Shown here: piece after piece, positions 43,012 through 56,340 of the stretch
Layout of the letters: every line of letters begins with the position of its first letter
Position numbering within the stretch: position 1 is the stretch's first letter
From: Octopus sinensis
Lineage: Eukaryota
Reading direction: 5' to 3'
Assembly (NCBI RefSeq): GCF_006345805.1
Contig: NC_042998.1
Span: 127,410,001 to 127,474,000, forward strand
DNA: 64,000 nt
Position numbers and translations under genes: made by a program
The notes under the pieces: generated by a model
What the model was told of the DNA's origin: nothing
The model's database searches: none
Seen by the model: the letters and a program-made list of their open reading frames with translations, nothing else

Positions 43012-44911
43012 TACATACATACATACATACATACATACATACATACATGCATGCATGCATGCATACATACGTATATTTAAATTTACAGAGAAAGGATGTG
43101 AGAGAGTGAGTGAGTGGGCGGGAGCAATCTAGGTATGTGAGATTGCAGGTGCTTTATTTTGGGCATCTATATAGCTGTGTATATGTCTCTATGGGCAAGA
43201 ATGTTGAATCTGATGCTGCTATTGTCTGCAATATGTACGCAGGAAACAAAATTATTCTATTACAAGAACATTCCTGGAACTTCCTTGAGATTTGTGCTGA
43301 ACTGTAAATGATATACTATTTACAGTTTACCTGATCCTTTTCTGTTTATCACATTAACATTCCCTTCCTCCATCTTCCACCTTGTTCCACTCCGCCTCTC
43401 AGTCACTCTCTATTTTTCGTCTTCTATTATGCCTTTCACTCTCACTACGTTAGAATTACATTCTATCATTCGCTTTCACTCTCTTTCCACTCTTCACTTC
43501 TTTATCCTTGTCTTCTTGCTTTCTGCAATCAACATTGCTGCCGCAGTCGGTTATTCAGACACAGCAGAAGTATTTTAATGTTCTGTTCTTGGAAAATGGT
43601 GATTAGCAAATTTGTAAAAGTAACGAAACCCAACTAAAGCATTAGATTCGGAAAATAATAACTACTTCTTTGTGATTCTTTTCTAGACATTCACATTATA
43701 GGTTTCACAATCCGTTAAGATACAATAAGCTAAAAATTAAAACTACCTATTATCAGTACCGATATATTGATGAAATAAACGTTGGAAAAATGTATATGAA
43801 ACCTAAGATACTTAATATAATCAGCTGAGTAAAATACTCTAATGAATTTAAATTAAACCTCTCATAGAAAGAAAATTCATTAGATTTAATGACACATTTT
43901 TTTCTCAAGGAAACAAAGGGAAACAGCTATGAAATATAACTGCTTAAAAGTTTAATATAGATATGTAGTGATGAGTGACAACGGCAAATATATTCCATTC
44001 ATACGTATTTCTTGCAAATATAGCGATAAGTTTTCTTACCAAATATTTGAATGGATAGGAGAAAAGCATTCTGTGGTAAGGCAATTTAAAACGGTGACAT
44101 GAGGAGAATTTGAATGCGAAGACGTTTGCATGAATAATATATACGTAGGTGGAGAATAACATATACAATAAAGAAATCCCAGAAAAATATTTCTCTACGT
44201 ATGCTTTTATGTGAACTAATGCCTGATAAATGAATCTACACCGAGCTGCCTTTCTTTACTTCAGTGCACGAACATCTGTTTCTCAGTTTCTCTCTCCATT
44301 TCTCTTGACATACGCGCACACGTACAAACACTTATAACAACTACATGTGTGTGTGCGTGTGCACGAGGATGTGAGTGTACGTTCATACATACATAGATGC
44401 ATACATGTGTGTGTGTGTGTGCGCGGGTATGTGTGTGTATATACATGTGAAAAAATGCGTATATTCATATATGTATGTTTAGTTACAGAAATACGCAAGC
44501 ATAAATACACACATGCATATATATATATATATATATATATATAGCGAGAGAGAGACAGAGAGAGGTGAGAGAGTGTGTGTGTATATGCATGTATATGTAG
44601 TATATATATTATATATATGCATACATATATAATAATAATATCGAACGCTCTCGTTATATATAAACATTTAAACTTACATGTACTTACATGCACTTTTGCT
44701 ATAAACAACACAGCATGTCATTATTTTATAAATAGTACCAGGAAAGGGTACAAATAGTTTCGAAATTGCTCTTGACTTCTTTAGTTCTCATCCATTCACT
44801 GTCAATGCAAATCTGTGCTTAAATAAAGTTAACATTTACTTATTGATTTGAGAGATACAGACAGACAGACAGCGACAGAGAGAGAAACGGGGATAGATAG
44901 AAAGATCGATC

Positions 44912-44967
<56 letters not shown>

Positions 44968-45370
44968 TACATAACTATATATATATATAGTCACTATGGA
45001 GATATTTAGATCCCTTATAGGGATACTTTTATCCGAGATACACTGCTTTAATATATTGTATTTTGAAGTGGTATTTCTTGAATGAATATATTATATGAAA
45101 TATCATAAAATGTCAAATGTTATTATTAAGTTTGAAAACGGAGAAATCTAATGGAAACGAATTAATTTATCATTCAATTACCATATTCACCTACAAATGT
45201 TTTATTTTCACAACCAAAATTAAAACTACAAATCATGCATAAATATATAATGTTGCATTTTAAAATGCCTTGGATAAAAAATCATCAGGGTGCACAAAAG
45301 GATAATACAAGGATTATAACTCAAAGTAGGGTGTATAAAATCAAAATAAACAACAGGATATCAAGAGGTG

Positions 45371-45457
45371 ATGCAGTACGACCGTTTCAAGGGGCTCCAT
45401 TTAATTGAATATGTAATCATTACATCAATTTAAATGCAGGACTATCCTCAGCTGCAT
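45371..45457 (-). ncRNA. Type-I hammerhead ribozyme motif with long stem II
   Basis: ATGCAG-CTGAGGA-tagtcctg(CATTTAAATTGA TGTAAT g ATTACA tat TCAATT AAATG)gagcccctt-GAAA-CGGTCG-TA^CTGCAT; perfect 6-bp stem I and intact core, base of stem II mismatched. Confidence 0.7.
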
Positions 45458-45689
45458 GAATAAATAGAATAGAAAATACAAACAGTGGTACTAATGCTTA
45501 TACTATATAAAATATAGACTGTAGCTCTGAGGTCCATACTAGCACAGGAACTACTGATACGCCTGATGATGCTGAGATAAATGTAAATGATACTACATCT
45601 GAAGGATGGAGAGATAATACCAGATATGAAAATAACACATACAATAGTAGTAGTAAGATTAATATTAATAGTAATATTAATAATAATAA

Positions 45690-46095
45690 TGGTAAGAGTT
45701 GTTGTTTGCAGCAGTATATCCGAGTGAAACTGGTTTATCTGGAATTTGTTGGAGATATTCATCCAATACCTTTTTCAAAGTTATGAAATCTTTTTCCTCC
45801 TTTATATGTTTTGGAATGATGTTAAAAAGAGCAGGTCCAGCTGAGGAGAAGTAGTTCTGTCTTAGTGTTGTGATGTACTGAGAGCACACGATTTCTGTAG
45901 AGGACGCATGGCACGGGGACCAAGCCTTGGGTGGATTTTAAAAGTGATACCGATATCATTTGGACAATACTGTCGGAACAATTTCCAAATCATGCAAATA
46001 ATAAAGCGCTCTCGGCCGCGCTGGAGGGAATACAGATGAGATACGCGAGTCGATACCGGTAATTAAGACCAGACATGCCATCAATTTTTTTTATG
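45690..46095 (-). mobile_element. CR1-like LINE ORF2 3' end
   Basis: GMSGLNYRYRL..LYSLQRGRERFIICMIWK..HPRLG..RQNYFSSAGPALFNIIPKHI..LKKVLDEYLQQIPDKP. Confidence 0.8.
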
Positions 46096-46149
46096 CCAAA
46101 CTTTTCTCTTAAGACATTTATATTCTGCTATGCATGCATACTAACATTG

Positions 46150-47352
46150 CACATCCAGTGAAGCATAGTAACTTCATTTCTTTCAAGCCTAAGCTTGTCC
46201 TCAACAGTCACAGCCCATGTTTCACTGCCGTGTAGCATGTTTGCACACAGGTATCATACAATCTGCCTTTCATTCTCAGGGAGAAGTCCTTCGTTACCAA
46301 CAGAGGTAGGAGCTCTCTGAACTTTGCCCAACCTATTCTTATTCTCGCAACTACGCCCTCGGAGCGCTACTGATTTTGTCACCTAGGTAACGGAAGCTAC
46401 CAATTACTTCTAGTTTGCCCCTCCTCATCCAGGCATTTGATGGAGTCAACTTTCTGTACCATTGTAGCGTTAATCGTATTTGTGCATCTTCCAAACACAA
46501 AAACTAGTTTCCCTGTTAACCTTCCTTTGTTATTGATGCACCTCTAATGTGTCCATAGCTTACACTGGGTACATCTTATGGAGTTTCAACCTACGTATTT
46601 GTTACAGATCGAGCAGGGCCATCCACCCATGGGGATTTATGATTTGTCTGTTTTCCTACTTACTAAGACATTGGTTTTGCTAAGTTGGCTAACTCTGACG
46701 CCTTTTGATTCTAGATCTTGCTTCTACGCCTGAAACTTCTCTAGTTTTGGTAGTGATACAGCTATAAGAATTAAGTCATCAGCATAGAGGAGCTGCTAGA
46801 GGCAGCCTGCCTTAAATCCCTCTGTTGTTACCCGAAGGACTTTGATAAAAAAGAAGGGGCTGAGGACTGATCCTTGGTGAACTCTTACTTGTACACTGAA
46901 TTCTTCGCTATACTCATTGCCAACCCTCACCTTACGGACAGCATACATGTACATGGTTGTTACAGCTCTCACCAGCCACTCGTCTATCCCTAGTTTCGCA
47001 TTGACCACCAGATAAGGAATTGGAGGGCCTTGTCAAAGGTTTACTCCATGTCAACAAAAGCAAAGTACAGAGGTTTATCTTTTGCTATGTATTTTATGCA
47101 GTTGCCTTACTAGAAATATAGCGTCACTGGTGCTTCTGCCTGGCACAAACCCAGACAGCATCTCATCTAGAATAATTCTCTCTCTTTCTCGCTAATTAGC
47201 TGGGCTATGATCCTCTCTGTGACTTTCCTCACCTTTTCCAACAATTTGATACCTCTGTAATTATTTCTATTTAAGGTGCCACATTTACCTTTGTAGCAGT
47301 TGATTATGGTGCTGTTACACCAGTCACAGAGTATGACTCCTTCGCGTACCAT
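46150..47352 (-). mobile_element. Degenerate RTE-clade LINE reverse transcriptase
   Basis: CYKGK..NYRGIKLL, GFVPGRSTSDAIFLVRQL, LYFAFVDME, VHQGSVLSP, LLYADDL, then a Cys-rich PCSIC..CTQC segment; stops and frameshifts present. Confidence 0.9.
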
Positions 47353-47361
47353 ACACACACT

Positions 47362-47408
<47 letters not shown>

Positions 47409-47512
47409 ACACACACATATAAATACATATATATACACACATGCACACGTGCAAGCGCCTGCAAACACACGCGCACTCACACACACACACACATACACAT
47501 ATAGAGTCACAG

Positions 47513-47660
47513 GACGGGCTTCTACATTTTCTGCTACCAAATACACGCAGAATGTTCTGGTCGGTCTGAGGCTAATGTAGATGATACTTGCCAAAGCTGC
47601 TACAAAGTGAAACTGAACTCGGAACCATGTGGTTGGGGTCGAGAGTATAAATTGCAAGTG
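47513..47660 (-). mobile_element. SINE family A head, diverged
   Basis: Homology to 121-288. Confidence 0.65.
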
Positions 47661-49020
47661 TGTGCATGTATTCATCTAAAGAATCTCAATTGGAAAAGCT
47701 TTCCTATGTCTTATAAATCTCCCCTGTGTTGCTATCTTTTACTCTTCGAAAGACCTATTATTTGTGTTTTTTTTTGTACATTTGTTGATGTATAGGCTAA
47801 TATACTAATGAGCATAGTTACAAATGAGAATTCATACATTTGTATATATGTATATATGCACGTGTGCATGCATGCATGTATGTATGTATGTATGTATGTA
47901 TGTATGTATGTATGTATGTATGTATGTATGTATGTATGTATGTATGTATGTATGCATGTATGTATTTGTAGATAGAAGCAAAACAAAAACACCTGTCGGC
48001 AGATACATGCGCTGACAGGTGTGTGTTTTGATTTGTTGATCAATGCTGGTAATAGCTTGATTTAAAATGTTTTACTGTGTAATGTCACTAATTCACACAC
48101 GAACACAGATTTAAATACCTATATGTTTAACAGACACAAACATACACATATTTTCTTATATATTAAGATAAATTAAGCTCGTACCCGCCAGTTCATGTTA
48201 CGGAACGGTATCGTGTTAAAGAACACTCCAAGTACTGAAGTGCAATATAACAGTCGTTGGGCATGGCTGAATGGAAAGGTATTGCGACTTATATCTTGTA
48301 ATGTAGGCCTGAAAACACTGCTCTGCAAAGGTTTTTCAAAATATTAAACCGAAACCTCCTTCAAAATCAGATTCATAATCCGCTAGTCCTTGAATCCACT
48401 TTCAAAAATTCAGGAGAGACATCGTCACAAAATTGTCGCGACACTAACGGTCAAGGAAAAAGTACTGCACAAAAATTATTAGATGGAGATTACTGGAAAA
48501 GTATAGACTGTATTTCAACAGTAGAATGAGATGCAAACAATGCTGAATGGAGAAATCTATAATTTTTCAGAATTCGCTCCCCCCAGGGGCGTTGCACGCG
48601 ACAGTTGCCACCCGATTTCCGATATACATGACAATGATAAAAGGATCAAGCTAGGCGATGTAGGTTATTTTAAAGAATGTTTTACATCTATACATAAGTG
48701 TTTACATATGTATATATATTAACGATAAGGACATGCACTAGTTGACCAACATATACAAAATTTAGTGTCAATACCATGTCAGTAATCTAGTTAACGAAAG
48801 CACTAAAATATCCCGAATAGTTTACTTCCGGTTATTTCGTGTTTCACACAATTTCTGACACTTCTAAACGTGATGTTGCGTTTTCAGACCTCAAATTCAA
48901 AATAGCCCAAAGCTTATTATGGAGAAAATTCGTCACAGTGTATTAATAATATGCCCGCTATATTACCTAATATACAAATGACTGCTTTTCTCTGAAAATA
49001 TATATATGTATATATATAAA

Positions 49021-49566
49021 AAAAATTTGCGTAATGAGATAAAAAAAAACAAGGCTGTGTAGATATTAGAACATTTATAGATAGAAGGTCTTGCAGCTGT
49101 TTTCAGGATATTGGTTAAGTAATAATTAATACTAGATGGTATACAAACTAGAAAGTGAGGTGGAGGAAAGAAAATAGATGTGAGATATGTAGGGATATTG
49201 AATTTGTAGATCCATTTTTTAGGCAGAATGGTATATATATGTAAGATTCCAATAGCTTATGAGAAAAATCCAATTTTAAATGCTGTTGGATTTTTCTCAT
49301 AAGGTATTGGAATCTTACATATATACCATTCTGTCTAAAAAATGGATCTACGCATTCAATATCTCACATCTATTTTCTTTCCTCCACCTCACTCTCTATT
49401 TTGCATCCCTTCTAAATTAATTATTACTTAACCATCCTCTCACACCGTCTCCGATGAAGGGATACAATTAACAAATATCCTGGAAACAGCTGTAAGACCT
49501 TCTATCTATAAATGTTTTAATGTCTACACAGCCTTGGTTTTTTTTTATCTCATTACGCAAAAAATT
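49021..49566. repeat. Fold-back pLTR-like element (arms ~49021-49273 / 49286-49566)
   Basis: ~250-280-bp inverted arms with a 12-nt spacer. The left arm lacks the 5' half of the ribozyme. A third copy is at 53718-54015. Confidence 0.9.
49447..49498 (+). ncRNA. Minimal type-I hammerhead ribozyme motif (U4C core)
   Basis: GTCT-CCGATGA-AGGGATA-caattaacaaa-TATCCTG-GAAA-CAGCTG-TA^AGAC; palindromic ACAGCTGT stem III. Confidence 0.75.
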
Positions 49567-49970
49567 CTTATATGCACAGGCTGACATATGACCAACGATG
49601 AACCCCTTATTCGCAAAATCACCGAACCTGGAACTTAACAATGATCTGTCTATAGCACTTATTCAGCACTACCTGACACCTTTGGGTCACAATGACACCA
49701 TTACCTCTTATAGCCTCAATTTCTCGATATATATATATATATAATCCTTTCACTCTCTGTTCCTCTCTCTATACACACAAGCACACACGCACACGCACAC
49801 ACTCATACACCCATCCGCACACACACACTTAGTGTCAATCCCGTAACTAATACCAATAACTAGTGTGTTTGCTCTAATTTGTATGTATGTACATATGCAC
49901 TCGATGGCTTGCACAAAACTATCTGTCAGCGATTGATATACTCATCAAACGAATAGACAACCATGATATA

Positions 49971-51150
49971 CGAGGGGGTCCCCAAAAGAAACCGAAAATT
50001 TGCAATATCATTTTATTCACTTAGTTTCACATGTTTACACGTCTATCGCCTTCAAAGCATTCTACATTTGAAGCACTGCATCAATCCAGACGCGTTTTCC
50101 TCTGTCCGAAGCAGTCCTAGAAATCTTGTGAAGGGATGTTTTAGCACCTCCATTGTTTTTCTCTTTACTTTACACATCTGCAAAGCATTTTCCTTTCAGG
50201 ACTTTTTCATTCGGGGGAACAAAAAAAGATAAAAACCGCAGGAAGCAAGATCGGGCGAATAGGGAGGGTGGGTAGGCAGTGTCATGCTATTTTTAGTCAA
50301 AAACTGTCTCGCACCCAAGGTGGTCTATACAGGTGCATTGTCGTGATGAAACTATCATTTTCTACTTTGTCACTGGTCGGGGCGTTCTTGCCTCACCGCG
50401 TCGCGCAAATGCTTCAAAGCGGCCAAGTAAAATGTTTGGTTAATAATTTGACCAGGAGTAGAAAATTATGTGTGGACAATTCTTTTCGCGTCGAAAAAAA
50501 AATCATCAGCGTCGTCTTGACGTTGGACCCTAATTTGATGCACTTTTGTGTGGCGTGGTAACATTGAATGCTACCGTTGATTTGATTGCTGCTTCGTTTC
50601 CGAGTTGTTTTGCTGTAGCACCAGCTTTCGCCACCTGTGATGACCTTCGATGAGGCACAAAGTTTGCTGCAACTCTTTTCATTCGCAGTTGTTCGCTCAA
50701 AATTCGTTGGCAGGAGCTCCAGTCATATCCAATAGTCATATCAACTTCGTCAATTATTCGACGACGGTACTCCAAGATCAGTTCAGGAATTTTCGTGATG
50801 TTTTCATTCGTTCAGGTCGACAGACGATTTGAACTAGATTAGTCTTCAAGCGGCAACTGACCATTCCTAAAGTGTGGAAACCACTCGTAAACTTGTGTTT
50901 TGTTCATGGAAGCGTTCATGGAATCTGTTTGAAGCATGACAGCTGCTTCGTCCGCCGTTTTCCTCGATAGAAAACAGAATTTCACGGAAGTACGCTGTTA
51001 CTTCGTTTCAGCTATCGCAAAAATCGACGAATAAGGGAGAAGCACTGCAAAATAAAGACACCACGTGGCAGTACGACTTCATTTGAGGACGCCGGTCGGC
51101 AACCTGATGGTGCAGGGTCGCATCATGGGGCGTCTAGTTGGTACCCTTCG
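49971..51150 (-). mobile_element. Degenerate mariner transposon
   Basis: TA|CGAGGGGGTCCCCAA end with a weak counterpart TTGGTACCCTTCG; minus frames give QVYEWF, CQRILSEQLRMKRVAANFVP, HHDNAP and HPPYSPDLASC. Confidence 0.85.
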
Positions 51151-51721
51151 TTTGTATGCTTATGTAAATATGAACATATGTGTATGCGTACATGTATATG
51201 TACGCTTTATGTACATATCCACACAACTCTTGCAATACATACATACATACATACATACATACATACATACATACATACATACATACATACATACATACAT
51301 ACATACATACATACATACATACATACATACATACATACATAAATAGATCCTAGACTAACTTCGATTTAATGGACATTTACATGGAAAAACTTTCAAGAAA
51401 ATATCAATAATAGTACGTATTTCAGACGATCGAAGTAAGTAAGAAAATGTGTCACGAAAACTAGTAATAGTAAACAGAATATAAAACATGAAACACTATA
51501 TTTATCTCAGGAGGTTTGATGATGCATCTGCTTTGTCAGAAAAACAAACATTTAATCAGTTCAATATGTGTTTGTATGCTATGTGCGTGTTTGTGTGTAA
51601 GAGCATGTGTACAACGGTCCGTGTTTGCATATATATATATATTTAGATAGATAGATAGACAGACAGATGTAGATGTAGATATATATACAGATATATGTAT
51701 TTACATATATGTATGTATATA

Positions 51722-51760
<39 letters not shown>

Positions 51761-51783
51761 TATACATATGTATATGTATATGG

Positions 51784-51816
<33 letters not shown>

Positions 51817-51863
51817 TATTTATGAACATATATGTATGTAAATATATATATGGATATGGATAT

Positions 51864-51900
<37 letters not shown>

Positions 51901-51953
51901 TGAAAAAATAAGTCAACATAGAAAATGCTAAAATAATTTTATAAAGAACATTT

Positions 51954-51991
51954 CAGTACCGGTTTCAGTCATTTTGAGACCTTTTCAAATG
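51954..51991 (-). ncRNA. Minimal hammerhead motif with U3-A8 compensatory core
   Basis: CAT-TTGAAAA-GGTC-tcaaaat-GACT-GAAA-CCGG-TA^CTG; palindromic ACCGGT; stem I short with one mismatch. Confidence 0.5.
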
Positions 51992-52434
51992 TAACGATTA
52001 AATAATTAAATTTAGAAAAATTAAAAGAAAAGTTTTTTTAAAAGAATATTTGTATAGTGTTCAAATATAAGTGGCATTTTCCTTGTTTTTGCCTTTCTCT
52101 GTCTCTCTTGTTTACATTTGTGGGTTCGAGGTCGTTGTGAATTCTTGGTAGGGAAGAAGAAGAAGAAGGAGAAGAAGAAGAAGAAGGAGAAGAAGAAGAA
52201 GAAGGATGCGGAGAAGGGGGGATTTGGGAGTGCCTTGATTGTCGTATTTTGAATGGTCAGTGAAGCTAGGAGTTGCTGTTCAATTCATGAGAATATTTCT
52301 GTTGAAAGGTTTGTTTATAGAATTTGCGTAGGTCTTATACTAAAAAGCATTAGTGATAAAATTAGGAAGTAGAAGAAGAAGAAGAAGAAGAAGAAGAAGA
52401 TGATGATGATGGTGATGATGATGATGATGATGAA

Positions 52435-52482
<48 letters not shown>

Positions 52483-52655
52483 GAAGAAGAAGAAGAAGAA
52501 AGAGAAGGGAGAATATGAATGAGTGGAAGTAGTGAGGTGTTGTATGACTTAAAGTTGGCACGTTATGGGTTATAGCTGTGATTGGGGCCGATTTTTAATG
52601 GATTCTTAGGATTGTAATATTTGCGTGTGTATTTGTGTTATTCTGTTGTGTGTGT

Positions 52656-52693
<38 letters not shown>

Positions 52694-52719
52694 CTGTGTG
52701 TCTGTGTGTGTGTGTGTGC

Positions 52720-53555
52720 TATCTGAGTGTATTCCACTGATGAAGACAAAGCATTTCTCAAAAAATTGGAAAAGTCAAGAAACGGATAGGTTTGTTCCAC
52801 ATCAACTGAACGAGATTTAAAAGAAAAAAAAACAGACGCCTCTAAGTGTGCTCCTTATTGCATTCTAGACTGGATAAAGACCCTTTTTGCATCAAATCAT
52901 CACCTGTGATGAGAAATGGATACTCTTTGACAACAGCAGGAGAACAGGACAGTGATTAGATGCAGGCGAGTCACCTAAACACTACCCAAAACCCACCATT
53001 GCACCCTACAAAGTTAGTGGTCACACTATGGTGGTCTGCGAAGGGAGTTATTCATTATTCATTTTTGCAACAAGTTAAAACGGTAACACAAACATTGTAT
53101 TGTCAGGAAATGGAATGTATGCATGAGAATTTGGAAAAGAAGCAACCAACTATTAAATAGAGGTGGCCCAATTTTGCTCCACGACAATGCACGTCTTCAC
53201 TCTCCTCAAGCAACGGTCCAAAAGTTGCAAAGCCTGAGTTATGAGATTTTGCAACATCCTCCTTATTCCCCTGATATCTCTCCTACTGATCATCACTTAT
53301 TTAAGCATTTTGAGCTTTTCATAAGCAATAAAACATTCTTAAATAGGGAAGAGGTAATTGAAACATTGGGACAGTTTATCACAGCAAAATATGAATTCTT
53401 TTTTAAAGAGGGAATATATGACATAGAGAAACGTTGGGTAAACGTTATAAATGAATATGGAACGTACTTTGATTAAATAAATCAGTTCTCTAACACTTCC
53501 GAAACATTTTATTGTTACCTTTCAAATACGACATTTCAAGTGAAACAACCTAATA
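52720..53555 (+). mobile_element. 5'-truncated mariner transposase relic (Hsmar1-like) with 3' TIR
   Basis: FVPHQL, IITCDEKWILFDN, VTLWWSAKGVIHY, LLHDNARLH, HPPYSPDISPTDHHLF and RWVNVINEYGTYFD*; ends ..AACAACCTAA|TA. Confidence 0.9.
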
Positions 53556-53649
53556 TATATGTGTGAATGTGTGTGTGTGTGTGTGTGTGTGTATTTCTAC
53601 ATGTAAGTAAGTTTGTATGTAAGTATTGTGTGAGTGCATATATATATCA

Positions 53650-54015
53650 ACACTCATAAGGTATTGGAATCTTACATTGTGTATAAACTCTATGCTTGGA
53701 ATGAACAATTGTAAATAATGTTGGATTTTTCTCATAAGGTATTGGAATCTTACACATATAACATTCTGCCTAAAAATTGGATCTACATATTCAATATCCC
53801 TACATATCTTACATATATTTTCTTTCCTCCCCCTCACTCTCTATTTTGTATCCTATTTAAATTAATCATTACTTAACCATACTTTCACACCATCCCCGAT
53901 GAAGGGATACAATTATTAATTATCCTGGAAACAGCTGTAAGACCGTCTATCTGTAAATGTTCTAATATCTAAACAGCCTTAATTTTTTATCTCATTACGC
54001 AGAAAATTCTTATAT
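53650..54015 (+). repeat. pLTR-like repeat of the 49021-49566 family, with hammerhead motif at 53892-53943
   Basis: CCGATGA-AGGGATA..TATCCTG-GAAA-CAGCTG-TA^AGAC is conserved but stem I has decayed; 24-bp direct repeat CTCATAAGGTATTGGAATCTTACA at 53653 and 53731. Confidence 0.8.
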
Positions 54016-54046
54016 TATATATGATCGAAGAGGGTCTCAGCATATA

Positions 54047-54123
<77 letters not shown>

Positions 54124-54357
54124 TAATACATATATATATATATGTATATTTTTGATTGAATAACGTGTTCAACTTTCAGTGAACCAGAGCTCGTTTGAAA
54201 AAACCTTGTCATTTCAGTTCAGCGTCAGCAAATTGGCCAATCCATCAGACATGTATGTATGTATGCATGTATGTATGTATGTATCTATCTATCTATCTAC
54301 ATGACTGGCAGCCTGCCTGTCTGTATATATATGTATGTATGCATGCATGTGTGTATG

Positions 54358-54429
<72 letters not shown>

Positions 54430-54528
54430 ATATAATATATATATATATACGTACATACATGCATAATACAGACAACATATACAGCCAACCAGACAGACAG
54501 TCTGCCAGACATGTATATATATATATAT

Positions 54529-54562
<34 letters not shown>

Positions 54563-54584
54563 TGCTAGGTAGGTTTTCGATCAA

Positions 54585-55279
54585 AATGGATCTTAAAAGG
54601 GAAAGAAGAAAGAAAAAAGTAAAACAAACAAAAGAAGAAAAAAACGATCAATAGGGATCATGTATCACAGTGTCATGGTGTAAGGTGTAATGTGGGAAGC
54701 ACATAAGGTTTATACGTGGAAAAACAAAGCCTACGGAAAATACCACGATAACCTCGGTCAATATTATTACATGTTATCACATTTGTTTGCAAGTAGGTAA
54801 CCCTCTGTTTTAAATTTCCGTGTTCATAGGATTATGCTCAAGGTGGCTTCGTGCCATCCTTGCTACATTCACTCATCTTTTTTTTAAAACATTCGCTAGA
54901 CATAACTTGCCTCTCTACTCTCACTTTTCTTTTCAAGTGATACTTGAAGAAGTTGATGAGAGATTGACCAGAGAGTAAAGTGTTTGTCTCCAATCCTTTC
55001 AGATGCGTCCACCAGATACATGTTTTCGCCATAGCCACAAGGATGATGAAAATAGCTCTTCCTTCCCGTTTGAAGGAAGGAGGCGTGACAATATTGACGA
55101 TAGACTCGGCTGATAAACCGACTCGTCCCACACGTGACATAAGCCCGCAGGTCGGAAATTGTTGGACACTGCACGAGTGCGTGCAGAACGGTTTCGTCGC
55201 TCTGACCGCATCTCGGGCAGGTCGGCCCCGTGTTTCTCGAGCCGTGTCTGCAGAGCCCATCCCGAACGGGTAGCGCTTC
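54585..55279 (-). mobile_element. Tx1/L1-clade LINE 3' end (zf-RVT-like knuckle plus 3' UTR)
   Basis: EALPVRD..CPRCGQSDETVLHALVQCP and AMAKTCIWW..RKVRVER; T-rich UTR; flanked by (GATA)n. Confidence 0.8.
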
Positions 55280-55318
55280 TATAGATAGATAGGTAGGTAG
55301 GTAGATAGATAGATAGAC

Positions 55319-55375
<57 letters not shown>

Positions 55376-55389
55376 TATATATATATAGT

Positions 55390-55865
55390 TACCGCACATG
55401 AAGGCAGTTTGATTTTTAGAAATTACAGAAGTGTCAAAGACCTTTGCAATTCAGGTTGTGTTAAGAGTGATTCCAATTTTTTCCATTAGCAAATACCTAA
55501 TAGTATAACAGCGTTTTGTGACAGTCTACTCGATTAGGAGTTCAAATAAGCGAATAATATAGCATGCAACAAGAACAGCTTGTCTTCTTTTATAAATACA
55601 GAATAGTGCTGTAAGCTGCTGCTGCAATGATTCAAATTTCTTTCCTATATAAAGTTCAAATGCTCGTTCGTTGAAATAACAATGGGTTTAACGGCAATCT
55701 ACCTTTTGCTTTTTAGATTGAATAACGTGTTGATCTTTCAGTGAACTGAAGCTCGTTTGAAAAACCTTGTCATTTCAATTCAGCGCCAGCAAAATGGCCA
55801 GTCCATCAGACATTGACGATACAGTTCTCCCAATCTATAATTTGCTCGCTATTTTCTAGCTATTG
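55390..55865 (-). mobile_element. Probable hAT (ZBED8/Buster-like) transposase relic
   Basis: Broken frames DWENC..SDG..GF and THCYFNERAF resemble the W.NC...TDGA and THC.IHRQAL motifs. 55712-55812 is repeated, diverged, at 54150-54252. Confidence 0.45.
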
Positions 55866-55880
55866 CTACTATTCGTAACG

Positions 55881-55914
<34 letters not shown>

Positions 55915-56299
55915 AGTATATATATATATATATATATGCGTTTCTACGTATGAATGTGTATGAGTTAAATGAAAATGGATTACAGAAAGACATACATATA
56001 GGATATGAAATAACGTAAGTGCACCATTGAGAGACGATTCTGATAATTCTGATAAAGTTGTTACATTTTCTGAAGTTCTATCACTGCTTTTCTTTATGGT
56101 TAAGATTTATTTTAAAAGATTGTATTTGTATTCCGACTACATTTATAAAAAAAAAAACAAAAACAAAACAGAAATACACTATCTTCGTCTTATTTCTCCA
56201 AGCTACAAAATGCTTTAGCACTTAGTGTTGAAATCATACAATACACGATATACAGTCGTTTAGGTCTAGATATCTAAGTTAACTAAGTTTTATATATAA

Positions 56300-56340
<41 letters not shown>

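Noticed and set aside
43110-43310. GC box followed by a possible exon (ttgcag|GTG...CT|gtaaat), two frames open, one signal-peptide-like
   Set aside because: No recognisable homology, weak splice signals and no partner exons; cannot be supported without RNA data.
44735-44790. Minus-strand CTAAAGA...CGAAAC hammerhead-like trace
   Set aside because: Core G5 is missing and the stems do not pair convincingly.
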